A stretch of 64,000 nucleotides of DNA, taken from the NCBI GenBank assembly GCA_030754595.1, contig JASLZZ010000039.1, positions 14,795 through 78,794 on the forward strand, read 5' to 3'. Under the pieces are notes generated by a model that searched no databases, was not told the DNA's origin, and saw nothing but the letters and a program-made list of their open reading frames with translations. Positions 40,235-50,120 of this stretch are shown piece after piece. This stretch comes from Nitrospinota bacterium. Its GTDB lineage: Bacteria; UBA8248. The first letter of the stretch is position 1, and every line of letters starts with the position of its first letter. The translations under genes and the position numbers were made by a program.

Positions 40235-40330
40235 CGCTTGCTCCTCTCTGCCGGTGACCAAAGGGCGTTATATGCTTGCTCCGCCAGGAACCCCGTCACG
40301 GGAGCTTGTATGACGGGATAGCTTCGCTGG

Positions 40331-41077
40331 TCAGGGAAGCTGGTTGACGCTGTATTTGAAGCGATCGCCCCGGTAGAAAATCTGGGAGAATTCTAGCGGA
40401 GTCCCGTCTCCGCTGTGAACGAATGTCTCAACGTACATCACCGGGGCCATGAGGCCGATCGATAGGAGCGATGCGATTTCCTTGTCGGCCGTCCGGGCTT
40501 CGATGGTTTGATTGATTTCGCCGATTTTGATCCGGAGGCGGCGCTCGAAAATTTTCAGGAGGGAGCGTTTCGCGTAATCCGGCCGGGGAATTTTATTTCC
40601 GATTTCGGCGGAAACATAATTATTAACGTAGCAAAAGGGTACGCCCTCGACCATGCGGGTTCGCTGTATGTGGGTAATTTCATCGCTGGGGGTGAGGCCC
40701 AGGAAATCCGCCAGTTGGGGGCTGGGGGAGGAGTTTCTGACGGAGAGCAGGCGAAGCTCGCCTTCCATTCCGTGAGAAAGATACTCCTCGGCGATTCCGG
40801 TGAGGTTCAACATCTTTGGGGGTTTCAGATCCTCCGAGACAAAAGTCCCGTGGCCCCGGTAACGGTGGAGAAGGCCGTCCGAAACGAGAAGGGAGAGCGC
40901 CTGGCGGACAGGCACGCGGCTTACGCCGAACATCTTGGCCAGATCCAGTTCCTTGGGAATCTTCGAGCCGGGCGGCAGCTCGCCCTGCTCGATTCGCCTG
41001 CGCAGCAGATCCGCAATCTGGTAGTAGTAGGGAACGCTGTGGTTGGTAAACGGTGTTCCCGAGAAATTATTGTCCAT
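40331..41077 (-). CDS. GntR family transcriptional regulator (HutC/UTRA type)
   Basis: PYYYQIA...PKELDLAKMFGVSRVPVRQAL...GHGTFV wHTH; UTRA tail YRGDRFKY. Confidence 0.93.
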   Translation of the reverse strand: MDNNFSGTPFTNHSVPYYYQIADLLRRRIEQGELPPGSKIPKELDLAKMFGVSRVPVRQALSLLVSDGLLHRYRGHGTFVSEDLKPPKMLNLTGIAEEYLSHGMEGELRLLSVRNSSPSPQLADFLGLTPSDEITHIQRTRMVEGVPFCYVNNYVSAEIGNKIPRPDYAKRSLLKIFERRLRIKIGEINQTIEARTADKEIASLLSIGLMAPVMYVETFVHSGDGTPLEFSQIFYRGDRFKYSVNQLP

Positions 41078-41262
41078 AGGCGCTCGCTGGGAAAAAACCT
41101 CTTTCCGCCGAAATGGAATTTGAACCGGTGAACATGAAGTATTAAGATTATAAACATATTACATGCGAATTTGAACCACTCGCTTTGCCATGGTTGACTG
41201 GTCGGCGGGTGGAGCGTTTCGCATGAATCCGTTGAAAAACCCGAGAGCGAAAGGGACGATAA

Positions 41263-42402
41263 GTGGGCTTTACTTTGGAGGAGCGTGACCGGCGATACCG
41301 GGCGGTTCGCGCGAATATGGAGCGGGAAGGGCTGGACGCCCTTATCGTTTTCGGAAATACCGGCGTCGAGGGCCAGTGGAACGGTAATTTTACCTATCTT
41401 TCGAACTATTGCCTGATTTTCGCCACCGCTGTTATTTTTTTCCCCCTGGAGGGCGAGCCGGCGGCGTTCATTCCCGGGGAGAATCAGCTTCTCGACGCCC
41501 GGCGGGCCGGCTGGATCGAGGACATGCGCCTTTCCGGCAAGCCGGTGGGCGATCTCTGCGCCCTTGTGAAGTCCATTAATTCCCGTGGAGGAAGGATCGG
41601 AGTATCGAGTCTCGCCGCCTTTCCGGCTGTCGCGGCCGAGGAGATACACTCGGAACTGCCGGGCGTGGAGTTCGTCGAGGCGTCCTCGGTTGTATTCGAT
41701 GCGCGAGAGGCCAAGAGCGAAGAGGAGCTCGAGGCGGCTCGGCGGGGGGCGAGGGTGGCCGATCTGGGCTGGAAGCGCTCCATCAAGGTTCTCCGGCCCG
41801 GACTCAGCGAACTTGAATGGCGGGCCGAGTTGGAGCGGGTCATGACCGCCGAAGGAGCGGACGGCTATTTCAATATGCTGGGGGCCGGGCGGTCCGATGG
41901 GGAGGAGGATGTCTTCCGGGGGTTTGTCGTTCCTCCGACAGAGAGGAAATTCCGGGAGGGCGATCTGGCGCTCCTCGAGATCACGCCCCGCGTCGATGGC
42001 TACTGGAATCAGGTGGTGCGCCTCGTTTCCTTCGGCGATCCCCCCGGCGCTATCCGGGAGGCCCACGACGCCTGCCTCGATGCGAAACGATGCGCGCTGG
42101 AGCAAATCAGGCCGGGCGAGACCTTTACCTCGGTGGCGGAGGCGATCGGCGGCGCGCTGGAGCGGCATGGCTACGCCATGAAAGGGGTCGGCAGCGCCCA
42201 CACCACCGGGCTCGACCTGAGCGAGTCCATCATGAACCTCGACAACAAAAGAAAAATCGAGGCCGGGCTGCTCCTCACGGTCCACCCGATGACGGCCACC
42301 GGCGATTGGCGCCAGTTGTTCGTCGGAGAGTCCTATTTTCTGCATTCCGATCGGCTGGAAATGCTGAATCATTGCAGTGAAGAGATCGCCGTTTTGAAGT
42401 AG
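41263..42402 (+). CDS. M24 (creatinase/Xaa-Pro aminopeptidase) fold protein
   Basis: ERDRRYRAVRANM...DALIV, KSEEEL, RPGLSE, GDL, HTTGLD; divergent from GntR. Confidence 0.83.
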   Translation: MGFTLEERDRRYRAVRANMEREGLDALIVFGNTGVEGQWNGNFTYLSNYCLIFATAVIFFPLEGEPAAFIPGENQLLDARRAGWIEDMRLSGKPVGDLCALVKSINSRGGRIGVSSLAAFPAVAAEEIHSELPGVEFVEASSVVFDAREAKSEEELEAARRGARVADLGWKRSIKVLRPGLSELEWRAELERVMTAEGADGYFNMLGAGRSDGEEDVFRGFVVPPTERKFREGDLALLEITPRVDGYWNQVVRLVSFGDPPGAIREAHDACLDAKRCALEQIRPGETFTSVAEAIGGALERHGYAMKGVGSAHTTGLDLSESIMNLDNKRKIEAGLLLTVHPMTATGDWRQLFVGESYFLHSDRLEMLNHCSEEIAVLK

Positions 42403-42581
42403 AGATGTGACCGCCTCCGCACCTGTGGAGGCTAGGGGGTGACGTTGGCCAACGGCGCGGGTTCGAGGCGGCTCCGGGGCCGCCCCGTCGAATTTGCGGA
42501 TCTTATCGAGGAATAATTTTTTTCCGTGGTCCGGCCAGGCAAGGATTGCCCGGCGCCCGGCCGCCGAGTGAGGAGGTGGAA

Positions 42582-43829
42582 ATGTTTGTTGATGCGTATA
42601 TGACAGAAGAGCAAGTCGCGCTTCAGAAACTGGCTCACGATTTCGCGGTGAATGAGATTCGCCCCATCGCAATGGATCTGGATCACAACACCGACCCTGC
42701 GAAAAGCGCTTATATGGATTCGCTTCTCGAGAAAGCCGACGCGGCGGGATTCAGGACGATGACTGTTCCGGAGGAATACGGCGGCGGCGGGATCAGCAGC
42801 CTCTTCACGCATTGTGTCGTGGGAGAGGAGCTTGGCTGGGGCGACCGGGGCGTGGTGGGGATGCTTCTCTCTTGCGCGAAGATCGCGCACCTTCTGATGG
42901 CCGATGCCCTGGCGACAAAAGAGCAGCGGGACAAGTGGCTCAAGGCCTTTGTCGATGACCCGACGTTCATGATCACCCAGGCCATGACCGAAGACGATAC
43001 GGGCTCGGAGAATCTGCTCCCCTACGATGGTGTGGACGGCGGTTTCAGGACTCGGGCGGTGCGCGAGGGAGATTACTACATCCTCAACGGCAGAAAGCGA
43101 TTTATCTCGAACGTGGGCTACGCCAAGCTCAATTTCGTTTACGTACGCACCGATCCGACGAAAAATATCCTCGAAGGCTCGACGCTCCTCATGGTTCCGA
43201 TCGACACGCCGGGGCTTTCATTCGGGCGGGTGCACGACAAGATGGGATACCGCCTGAACCTCAACCGTGAGATGATATTCGAGGATGCCAAGGTGCCCGT
43301 CGCCAACCGCCTCGGCCCCGAGAACTACGGCATCGTGAACATCAACAGCCACCTTCGGGGCGGGGACAGCCTGATCAACGCGGCGGCGATGGTGGGGCTC
43401 GCCCGGGCGGCCTATGAGGCTACACTCGAGTACGCGAGCAACCGCCGGGCGAGCGGGAAGCTGCTCATCCACCATCAGGCCATTGGCTTGAAGCTGGTCG
43501 AGATGTACACCCAGATCAACGCCGCCCGCGCCTATATCTGGCAGGCGTCGCGGCAGATCGACGACCGCGACAAGCTCTCCGTCGATACGAAAATGGCTGG
43601 ATCGGCGAGCTATTTTGCCCACGAGGCGGCCTGCGACGTGACGCGCGCTGCGATGGAGATTCACGGAGGCATGGGCGTCATGCGTGAGCTGCCCATCGAG
43701 ATGTATCTGCGTAACGCCTACAACATGCTCCACAGCGACGGCGGCATCATCATGAAGAAGCTCAAGGTCATGCGCGCGATGGGCATGGACGTCCACGCAA
43801 CGAACGGCTCCGAGAAGGTCTCGATCTAG
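42582..43829 (+). CDS. acyl-CoA dehydrogenase family protein (atypical active site)
   Basis: RBS AGGAGG; DFAVNEIRP, PEEYGGGG, MTE, NGRKRFI, KMGYR, EIHGGMG. Confidence 0.9.
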   Translation: MFVDAYMTEEQVALQKLAHDFAVNEIRPIAMDLDHNTDPAKSAYMDSLLEKADAAGFRTMTVPEEYGGGGISSLFTHCVVGEELGWGDRGVVGMLLSCAKIAHLLMADALATKEQRDKWLKAFVDDPTFMITQAMTEDDTGSENLLPYDGVDGGFRTRAVREGDYYILNGRKRFISNVGYAKLNFVYVRTDPTKNILEGSTLLMVPIDTPGLSFGRVHDKMGYRLNLNREMIFEDAKVPVANRLGPENYGIVNINSHLRGGDSLINAAAMVGLARAAYEATLEYASNRRASGKLLIHHQAIGLKLVEMYTQINAARAYIWQASRQIDDRDKLSVDTKMAGSASYFAHEAACDVTRAAMEIHGGMGVMRELPIEMYLRNAYNMLHSDGGIIMKKLKVMRAMGMDVHATNGSEKVSI

Positions 43830-43966
43830 GCTAGTCGGTGCGGGCGCTTTTCTCCGGCGATTATACCGTATAGATTCGCGGCGATAGAGAGGGATTTAGC
43901 TTTTGTTTTGCCGGGCGCCGGGTATCGGACGCTGGGAGGGGATCCGGGACCTGGGATGGAGCGTGA

Positions 43967-44254
43967 GTGATGCTTCCCTACAGTATCAACAAGCTGGTCC
44001 ACGAGATTCAGTTTCCCGATAAGCGCGCCAAATTCGAGGAGGCTCCGGACGAGTTTCTCGCCGGATACGGCCTTTCCGAAGAAGAGGTGGCCGCCGTGCA
44101 AAGCGGCGATGTCCGCGCTCTTTGGAACATGGGGGTGAACCCCTACCTGCTTCGTGTTTACCAGATTTGGAAAAAAATCAGCGATGACGATTACAGGTCC
44201 GCCCTCGAGGGCCTCTCGTTTTACGAACCCCAGGGAGGGAGCCGCAATGGCTGA
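43967..44254 (+). CDS. LigA-like small subunit of an aromatic ring-opening dioxygenase
   Basis: INKL...KFEEAPDEFLAGYGLSEEE...L..MGVNPYLL; overlaps the start of the LigB-like gene. Confidence 0.75.
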   Translation: MMLPYSINKLVHEIQFPDKRAKFEEAPDEFLAGYGLSEEEVAAVQSGDVRALWNMGVNPYLLRVYQIWKKISDDDYRSALEGLSFYEPQGGSRNG

Positions 44255-45080
44255 AGTCGTCGCCGTTTTCGCGGCCACCCATACTCCCCTTTTTCTTTTG
44301 CGCCGAAACGAACCGGCCCAGGAGGTTTAGGATGAGGTTTTCTCCTGCTACGAGCGTATGGGAAAGGCCATGCTCGACAGGGGGGCTGAGGCCCTCGTTG
44401 TATTCGAGAACGATCATCTCCACTCTCTGTTCCTGGATCGCCATCCCTCGCTGGCGGTGGGTGTGAAGCCCACCTATCACAATGTGGCGAGCGAAGCCTA
44501 CTTACCCGAGGTGGAGGGCGGCCGGAAGGGCGATGCGGCGCTTGGCCTCTATCTGGTGAACGCGCTGCTCCAGAGCGATTTCGATCCGGCGATGTGTCAG
44601 GAGATCGAATTCGACCATTCCATCGTTTCGCCGCTTTATCTGATGGGGGATCCGGCCATCCCGATTGTCCCGATCCTGCAAAACACCGTCGCGCCGCCCC
44701 TGGCCCCGGCCCGGAGGGGCTATCAGCTGGGCATCGCGGTGCGGCGCGCGCTCGAGACCTACGACAAGGTGGAGCGGGTGGCCGTCCTGGCGACCGGAGG
44801 GCCTTCTCACTGGATCGGGACCCCCGAACTCGGGCGCATCGACGAGGAATGGGACGAGTCCGTCATCGCCCCTCTGCGGGAAGGCAACGCGAAATCGCTC
44901 TCGGAGTGGAGTCAGGAGAAGATCGACGCCGGCGGAAACGGCGGGAACGAGCTCAGGAACTGGCTCTCGGCCGCCGCCCTGGCGGGCGACTCCCGGGCGA
45001 GGGTGCTTTGCTACCGGCCCGAGCCCTGTTGGTTCTTGGGGGTGACGGCGCTCGAGTGGCCGGTGGGCCCGGCCCTGTAG
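44247..45080 (+). pseudogene. LigB-like extradiol dioxygenase catalytic subunit with in-frame TAG at codon 28 (44328-44330)
   Basis: MAEVVAVFAATHTP...EV*DEVF continues in frame into NDH, FDHS, TGGPSHW, ELRNW; the first metal-ligand His lies upstream of the stop. Confidence 0.82.
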
Positions 45081-45107
45081 GGGCTTCGCCCCTGTAGGTG
45101 TTCCGCC

Positions 45108-47378
45108 CTAGCTCCCGTTCCGGATGGCCCGAAGGACCGCCTCCGGCGTCGCCGGAAGATCGGTGATCTCCGCGCCGATGGCGTCGCAGATGGCGTTTAC
45201 GATGGCCGGCGCCGTCGGGTTCACTGCGGGCTCGGCCACCGCCTTGACTCCGAAGGGTCCTCTCGGCTCCGCGGCTTCAACGATAATCGACATCATGCGT
45301 TCGGGGCTGTCGATCGTGGTTGGAAGTAAATAATTCGCAAAATCGGGGTTCTGCACCTTTCCGTCCTTCATCTGGATGATTTCGGTCAGCCCCAGGCCGT
45401 AACCCATGCTTGAGCCGCCCTCGATCTGTCCCTCCACGTTCATCGGATTGACGGCTCTCCCCACGTCGTGGGCCGCGGCGAGCTGGAGGACGCGGTATTC
45501 GCCCGTTTCCACGTCCACCTCGACCTCGGCGCACTGGGTGGCGAACACGTAGCACTCGAACGCCTTTCCCTGGTAGCTCGTGTCGACGATGAGATCGGTC
45601 GAATGGCAGGTGGCCTCGCTCAAGACCAGCTCCGACGCTTTGTGGCAGGCGAGGGCCACATCCTTGAGCGAAATCCTCCGGTCCGGGGCTCCCTTGACGA
45701 ACACCTCCCCGTTCCTGATGTCGAGATCCTCCGTGTCGGCCTCGATCATTCCGACCGCTTTTTCGAGAAGCTGCGTCTTCACTTTCTCCACAGCGGCCTT
45801 GACGGCTTTTCCCGCGAGGTGGGAGATGCGGCTGCCCGTCGAGCCCGAGTCGAACGGTGAGATGGATGTGTCCCCGTTGATGATGGAAACGTTCTCGAAG
45901 GCGATGCCGAGCTCTTCTGCGGCAATCTGGCGGAGGATGACGTTTGCGCCCTGGCCCACATCGGTGGTTCCCGTGATGACGGTGAGGGTGGCGTCTTCGT
46001 TGACGCGGGCGAACGCGGCGGTCGGGCCCCCCCTGCCGAAACCGGCCGTGGGGTAGATCATGCCGGCCATTCCCCGGCCCATCCGTTTCGTGCCGCCGGC
46101 CGGCTTCGCGCCGCGGCCGATGGCGTCCCAGTTCACGGCTCGGGTGGCCTTTTCCATCGTCTCGTCGAAACCGCAGCTAGTGACGGGATCTCCGCTGTGG
46201 GCGGGGTCTCCGGTCCGCATGGCGTTTCGGCGCCTGAGCTCGAGCGGGTCCATGTTCAGCCGGCGGGCGATGAGGTCCATATGGCGCTCGCAGGCGTAGC
46301 ACGTCTGGGTCGCGCCGAAGCCGCGGACCGCCCCCGCGAATCCGTTGTTGGTGTAGGTGAGGGTGAAGTCCGCCCGGATATTATCGATGCGGTAGGGCCC
46401 CGGCCCCATGAGGGCGGCCTTGGTGACGACGCCTGGTCCGGCGGAGCAGTAGGCACCTCCATCCACGAGCAGTCTGATATCAGCCGCGGTGATTTTCCCG
46501 TCGCGTTTCACGCCGAATTTGTAGTCCATCGTGAAGGTATGCCGGATGCTTGAGGTGGTGAACTCCTCCTCGCGCGACATGCGGAATTTCACGGGCCTTC
46601 GTGTGCGCAGGGCGCATAGCGAGGCGAGAGACTCCAGCATGATCTCGTGTTTTCCGCCGAAGGCCCCTCCCGCCGAGCTGCTGAGGACCCGGACCCGGGT
46701 GATGGGGAGGCCCAGAACCTTGCTGAGGTCGGCGCGGATCCGGAAAGGCGTCTGGGAGGAGACGTGAACGGTGAGCGTGCCGGCAGGGTCCACCTCGGCC
46801 ATGCAGATGTGGGTCTCCATCGCGGCGTGTTCCTGCCCGCGGGAGATGTAGCGATTTTCGACGATGAGGTCAGCCTCGGCGAAGCCCGCCGCCACGTCGC
46901 CGCGGAGCACCTTGCCCTCCTTCACGATGTTGCCCGTGGGGTGGGATTCGTGAACGAGCGCACTACCGGAGCGGATGGCCTCCTCGGCGCTGGTTACGGC
47001 GGGAAGGTCCTCGTATTCGACCCGGATAAGGCGGGCCGCCGCCTCGGCGGCCTCCCAACTATCCGCGCAGAGGGCGGCGACGGGGTCTCCTTCGTAACGC
47101 ACTTTTTCGCCGCAAAGGACGGGCTGGTCGGGAAGGGAGGGTCCGTAGGCGTTGTTCGGGACATCCTCCGCGGTCAGGACGCAGGCGACGCCCTTCGCGC
47201 GGGTCGCCTTGCTGGTGTCCACATTGAGAATGCGGGCGTGAGGGCGGCCGGCGCGCACCACAGCCCCGTAAAGGACCCCCGCGGGCGAGAGGTCGTCCAC
47301 GTAACGGCCCGACCCCGCCACGATTTCTTTTCCGTCTTCGCGGACGTAGCTTTTTCCTAAAATATCCAACGGTTCCAC
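45108..47378 (-). CDS. second xanthine dehydrogenase family molybdopterin-binding subunit (no adjacent small/medium subunits)
   Basis: GGAGG RBS before GTG; KVRYEGDP, GGAFGGK, AVRGFG, DVGQG, GSR, DVGRAVNP, GQIEGG, GPFGVKAVAE. Confidence 0.9.
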   Translation of the reverse strand: MEPLDILGKSYVREDGKEIVAGSGRYVDDLSPAGVLYGAVVRAGRPHARILNVDTSKATRAKGVACVLTAEDVPNNAYGPSLPDQPVLCGEKVRYEGDPVAALCADSWEAAEAAARLIRVEYEDLPAVTSAEEAIRSGSALVHESHPTGNIVKEGKVLRGDVAAGFAEADLIVENRYISRGQEHAAMETHICMAEVDPAGTLTVHVSSQTPFRIRADLSKVLGLPITRVRVLSSSAGGAFGGKHEIMLESLASLCALRTRRPVKFRMSREEEFTTSSIRHTFTMDYKFGVKRDGKITAADIRLLVDGGAYCSAGPGVVTKAALMGPGPYRIDNIRADFTLTYTNNGFAGAVRGFGATQTCYACERHMDLIARRLNMDPLELRRRNAMRTGDPAHSGDPVTSCGFDETMEKATRAVNWDAIGRGAKPAGGTKRMGRGMAGMIYPTAGFGRGGPTAAFARVNEDATLTVITGTTDVGQGANVILRQIAAEELGIAFENVSIINGDTSISPFDSGSTGSRISHLAGKAVKAAVEKVKTQLLEKAVGMIEADTEDLDIRNGEVFVKGAPDRRISLKDVALACHKASELVLSEATCHSTDLIVDTSYQGKAFECYVFATQCAEVEVDVETGEYRVLQLAAAHDVGRAVNPMNVEGQIEGGSSMGYGLGLTEIIQMKDGKVQNPDFANYLLPTTIDSPERMMSIIVEAAEPRGPFGVKAVAEPAVNPTAPAIVNAICDAIGAEITDLPATPEAVLRAIRNGS

Positions 47379-47553
47379 GAGATTACCTCCATTGGCCTGT
47401 ATCAAAGCGGTTCAGTCCAAAGACTGGAAAACATGGAGAAGAAAACAGGGCATCATACCATGAATCAAAACCGAAATTCGCAAAATCAGCCCGGGGGGTA
47501 ATAATCCAAGCTGTTGATTTTATGAGATTCATATATTCGGCCTCCGCATTTTC

Positions 47554-47626
47554 TTGACATCGCCCGGAGGACGTTGGAAAATAGTGTCCACACAGTTCGC
47601 AAATATATACACATAATGTGGACACT
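47554..47626 (+). promoter_or_regulatory. putative promoter and inverted-repeat operator upstream of the IclR gene
   Basis: TTGACA (47554-59)-17 nt-GAAAAT (47577-82), immediately followed by AGTGTCCACA-N24-TGTGGACACT (47583-47626). Confidence 0.5.
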
Positions 47627-47627
47627 C

Positions 47628-48515
47628 ATGAAGGGGTTTCGTCCGATGGACGCCGCAAACCGATCCGAGGGGCTCAGGCGGGGGATGGAGATACTCGGTA
47701 TCTTCAAGGAGCCCCGCCCCGAGTGGGGGGTGAGCGAGATTGCCCGTGAGATGGGCCTGCACAAGAACCAGGTCCACCGGTCTCTGAAGACGCTGGTGGA
47801 CGCCGGATTTCTTCAAAGGTGCCCGAAGTCGGCCAGGTACTCGCTCGGCTTCGGCGCCTTTGAGCTGGGGGTCGAGGCGGGCAGACACATCAACCTGCTT
47901 CCCGAGGCGCGGCCCCTGCTCGAGGAGTTGGCGGTGAAACTTCAGGCGACGGTTTCCATCCGTGTGGAGCACGGGGACGATATGGTGTTAGTCGAGAATA
48001 TGGAGAATCCTGGCCGGCTCAAGGTTTATTCGTTTCAGGGGAACCGGCGTTCATGGAACTTCGTGGGCTCGGGGGCGAAGGTTTTTTCGGCTTACTAGCC
48101 CTCCGAAAGGGTCGAGCGGCTATACCGGAAATTCGGATTGCCCCGCTTCACAAAAAACTCTCTCACCCGCAAAACGGATATGTTAAAAGAGATTGAAAAG
48201 ATCAGGGAGCAGGGCTACGCCGTGAGCAACGGCGAGAGGTCCCCGGAGATACTCGGCGTCGCCGCGCCTGTTTTGGAAGAAAACGGCGCTCTCATCGCCG
48301 TACTCGTCGCTGCGATGCCTTCGGCGGGAATCTCGAAAAGCCGCCTGGAGGAAATCGTCCGAACGGTGGTGCGGGGTGCCGGAAAAGTTTCGAACCTTTT
48401 CAAAAAGAGGATTGGGCCGGATTCGGGCGAAAGCGATGTAAGGCGCGCCGCCAGCGGGACAGTGGTTTCCGGCGTGGATCGAGCCGGAGAGAATTCAAGC
48501 GGCCGAAGATATTGA
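47628..48515 (+). pseudogene. IclR family transcriptional regulator with in-frame TAG (48096-48098)
   Basis: HTH WGVSEIAREMGLHKNQVHRSL; SGAKVFSAY*PSE continues in frame into LPRFT, IREQGYAVS, GVAAPV; the two track ORFs share one frame. Confidence 0.85.
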
Positions 48516-48597
48516 TGTGCACCCGTGTTCGGTGAGGATATTGGAACCGGATAGTTTATTCTTCATTCATCGATAGTTACCTGTTGGAGCGAGAACC

Positions 48598-50052
48598 ATG
48601 GAACCGAAGAATCTGCTCGTCATCATGTCGGACGAGCACAGCGTCAAGGCCTCGGGCTGCTACGGCCACCCGATCGTGAAAACGCCGAATATCGACCGGC
48701 TCTCCGCGTCAGGTGCGCGGTTCACGAACGCCTACACGAACTGCCCCATCTGCACCCCCGCCCGCGCGGGTTTCGCCACAGGGCGCTTCATCCATGAGAT
48801 CGGAAACTGGGACAACGCCCATCCCTATACCGGCGATGCGCCGGGGTGGGGGCGCCGCCTCCAGGCCAACGGGAATCCCGTCATTTCCATCGGAAAGCTT
48901 CACTACAGGAACGAGACCGATCCGACCGGGTTCGACCGGCAAGTTGTCCCGATGCACGCCCGGAACGGTGTGGGCAGCCTGCCGGGCTCGGTACGCGATC
49001 CACTGCCGGTGCAGGGGGCGAAAGCGCTGGCCGCCGAAATCGGTCCGGGGGAGACAAGCTACTCGAACTACGACCTCGATATCACCGAAAAAGCCTGCCA
49101 TTGGATCGAAAACGAGGCCGCGAAGGAGGCGGACAAGCCCTGGATGACGTTTGTTTCGCTGGTGAGCCCGCATTTCCCCTTGAAGGCGCCCCAGGCGTTT
49201 TTCGATATGTACTCGCCGGACCGGATGCCGCTTCCCAAGGCGCACGCCGAGGACGGGCGGCCCACCCATCCCTGGATAGACGCCTTCCGCCGGTGCATCG
49301 ACTCGGACGATTATTTCGACGACGAGAAGCGGCGCATCGCCATCGCCTCCTATTTCGGCCTCTGCTCGTTTCTCGACCACAACATCGGACGGCTCCTAGA
49401 GAGTTTCGAGAAGGCGGGCCTGTCGGAATCCACGCGAATCATTTATGTGTCGGACCACGGCGAGAACCTGGGCGCCCGGGGAACCTGGGGGAAGGGAACG
49501 ATGTACGAGGAATCGGCCGCCATACCGCTCGTCATGTCCGGGCCCGGCGTTCCCGCCGGAAAAGAGGTGTCCACCCCCGTTTCCCTCGTTGATTTTTACC
49601 AAACGATCCTCGAGGCGGTAGGCGTCGAGCCGAACGAGCAAGACGCCGGATTGCCCGGAAGCTCGCTTTACGGCATCGCTTCGGGCCCGGCCGATCCCGG
49701 CCGCGCCGTCTTCAGCGAATACCATGCCGCCGGGGCGGAGACTGCCGCCTATATGCTTCGGCGGGATAAATTCAAGTATATCCATTATGTAAATTTCCCG
49801 CCCGAGCTTTTTGATTTAGAGGCGGACCCCGAAGAGCAAAACGATCTCGCGCCGAGCCCGGTCTACCGGGAAATTTTGGGGGAGATGGAGGCGGCCTTGA
49901 GAGAGATCGTTGACCCGGAGGGGGTGGACCGGATGGCGAAGCGCGATCAGGCGGCGCTGATCGAGCGCCACGGCGGACGCGAGGCCGTGGCGACCAAATC
50001 TCCCACCGGGGCGACGCCGACTCCCGGCAATTACGCCGCCGACGGCTATTAG
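48598..50052 (+). CDS. formylglycine-type sulfatase (choline-sulfatase-like)
   Basis: MSDEH, TPNID, CTPAR (CxPxR), GKLH, PHFP, SDHG, ELFDL..DP.E. Confidence 0.92.
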   Translation: MEPKNLLVIMSDEHSVKASGCYGHPIVKTPNIDRLSASGARFTNAYTNCPICTPARAGFATGRFIHEIGNWDNAHPYTGDAPGWGRRLQANGNPVISIGKLHYRNETDPTGFDRQVVPMHARNGVGSLPGSVRDPLPVQGAKALAAEIGPGETSYSNYDLDITEKACHWIENEAAKEADKPWMTFVSLVSPHFPLKAPQAFFDMYSPDRMPLPKAHAEDGRPTHPWIDAFRRCIDSDDYFDDEKRRIAIASYFGLCSFLDHNIGRLLESFEKAGLSESTRIIYVSDHGENLGARGTWGKGTMYEESAAIPLVMSGPGVPAGKEVSTPVSLVDFYQTILEAVGVEPNEQDAGLPGSSLYGIASGPADPGRAVFSEYHAAGAETAAYMLRRDKFKYIHYVNFPPELFDLEADPEEQNDLAPSPVYREILGEMEAALREIVDPEGVDRMAKRDQAALIERHGGREAVATKSPTGATPTPGNYAADGY

Positions 50053-50120
50053 CCTGAAGGTTTTTTTGATTTTGTTTTAGCGGCGGATTCGCCGGTTATA
50101 ATTAAAAGAGGGGGCCGGTC

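Noticed and set aside
40921..42672. 583-aa minus-strand ORF and other long antisense ORFs (6411..7730, 30933..32291, 60613..61767)
   Set aside because: Shadow frames of well-supported genes in GC-rich DNA, with no recognisable motifs.
43826..43834. CTAG-G-CTAG after an ACAD stop as a MITE excision footprint
   Set aside because: Too short, no IR remnant, and the extra G does not fit a clean TA or CTAG duplication.
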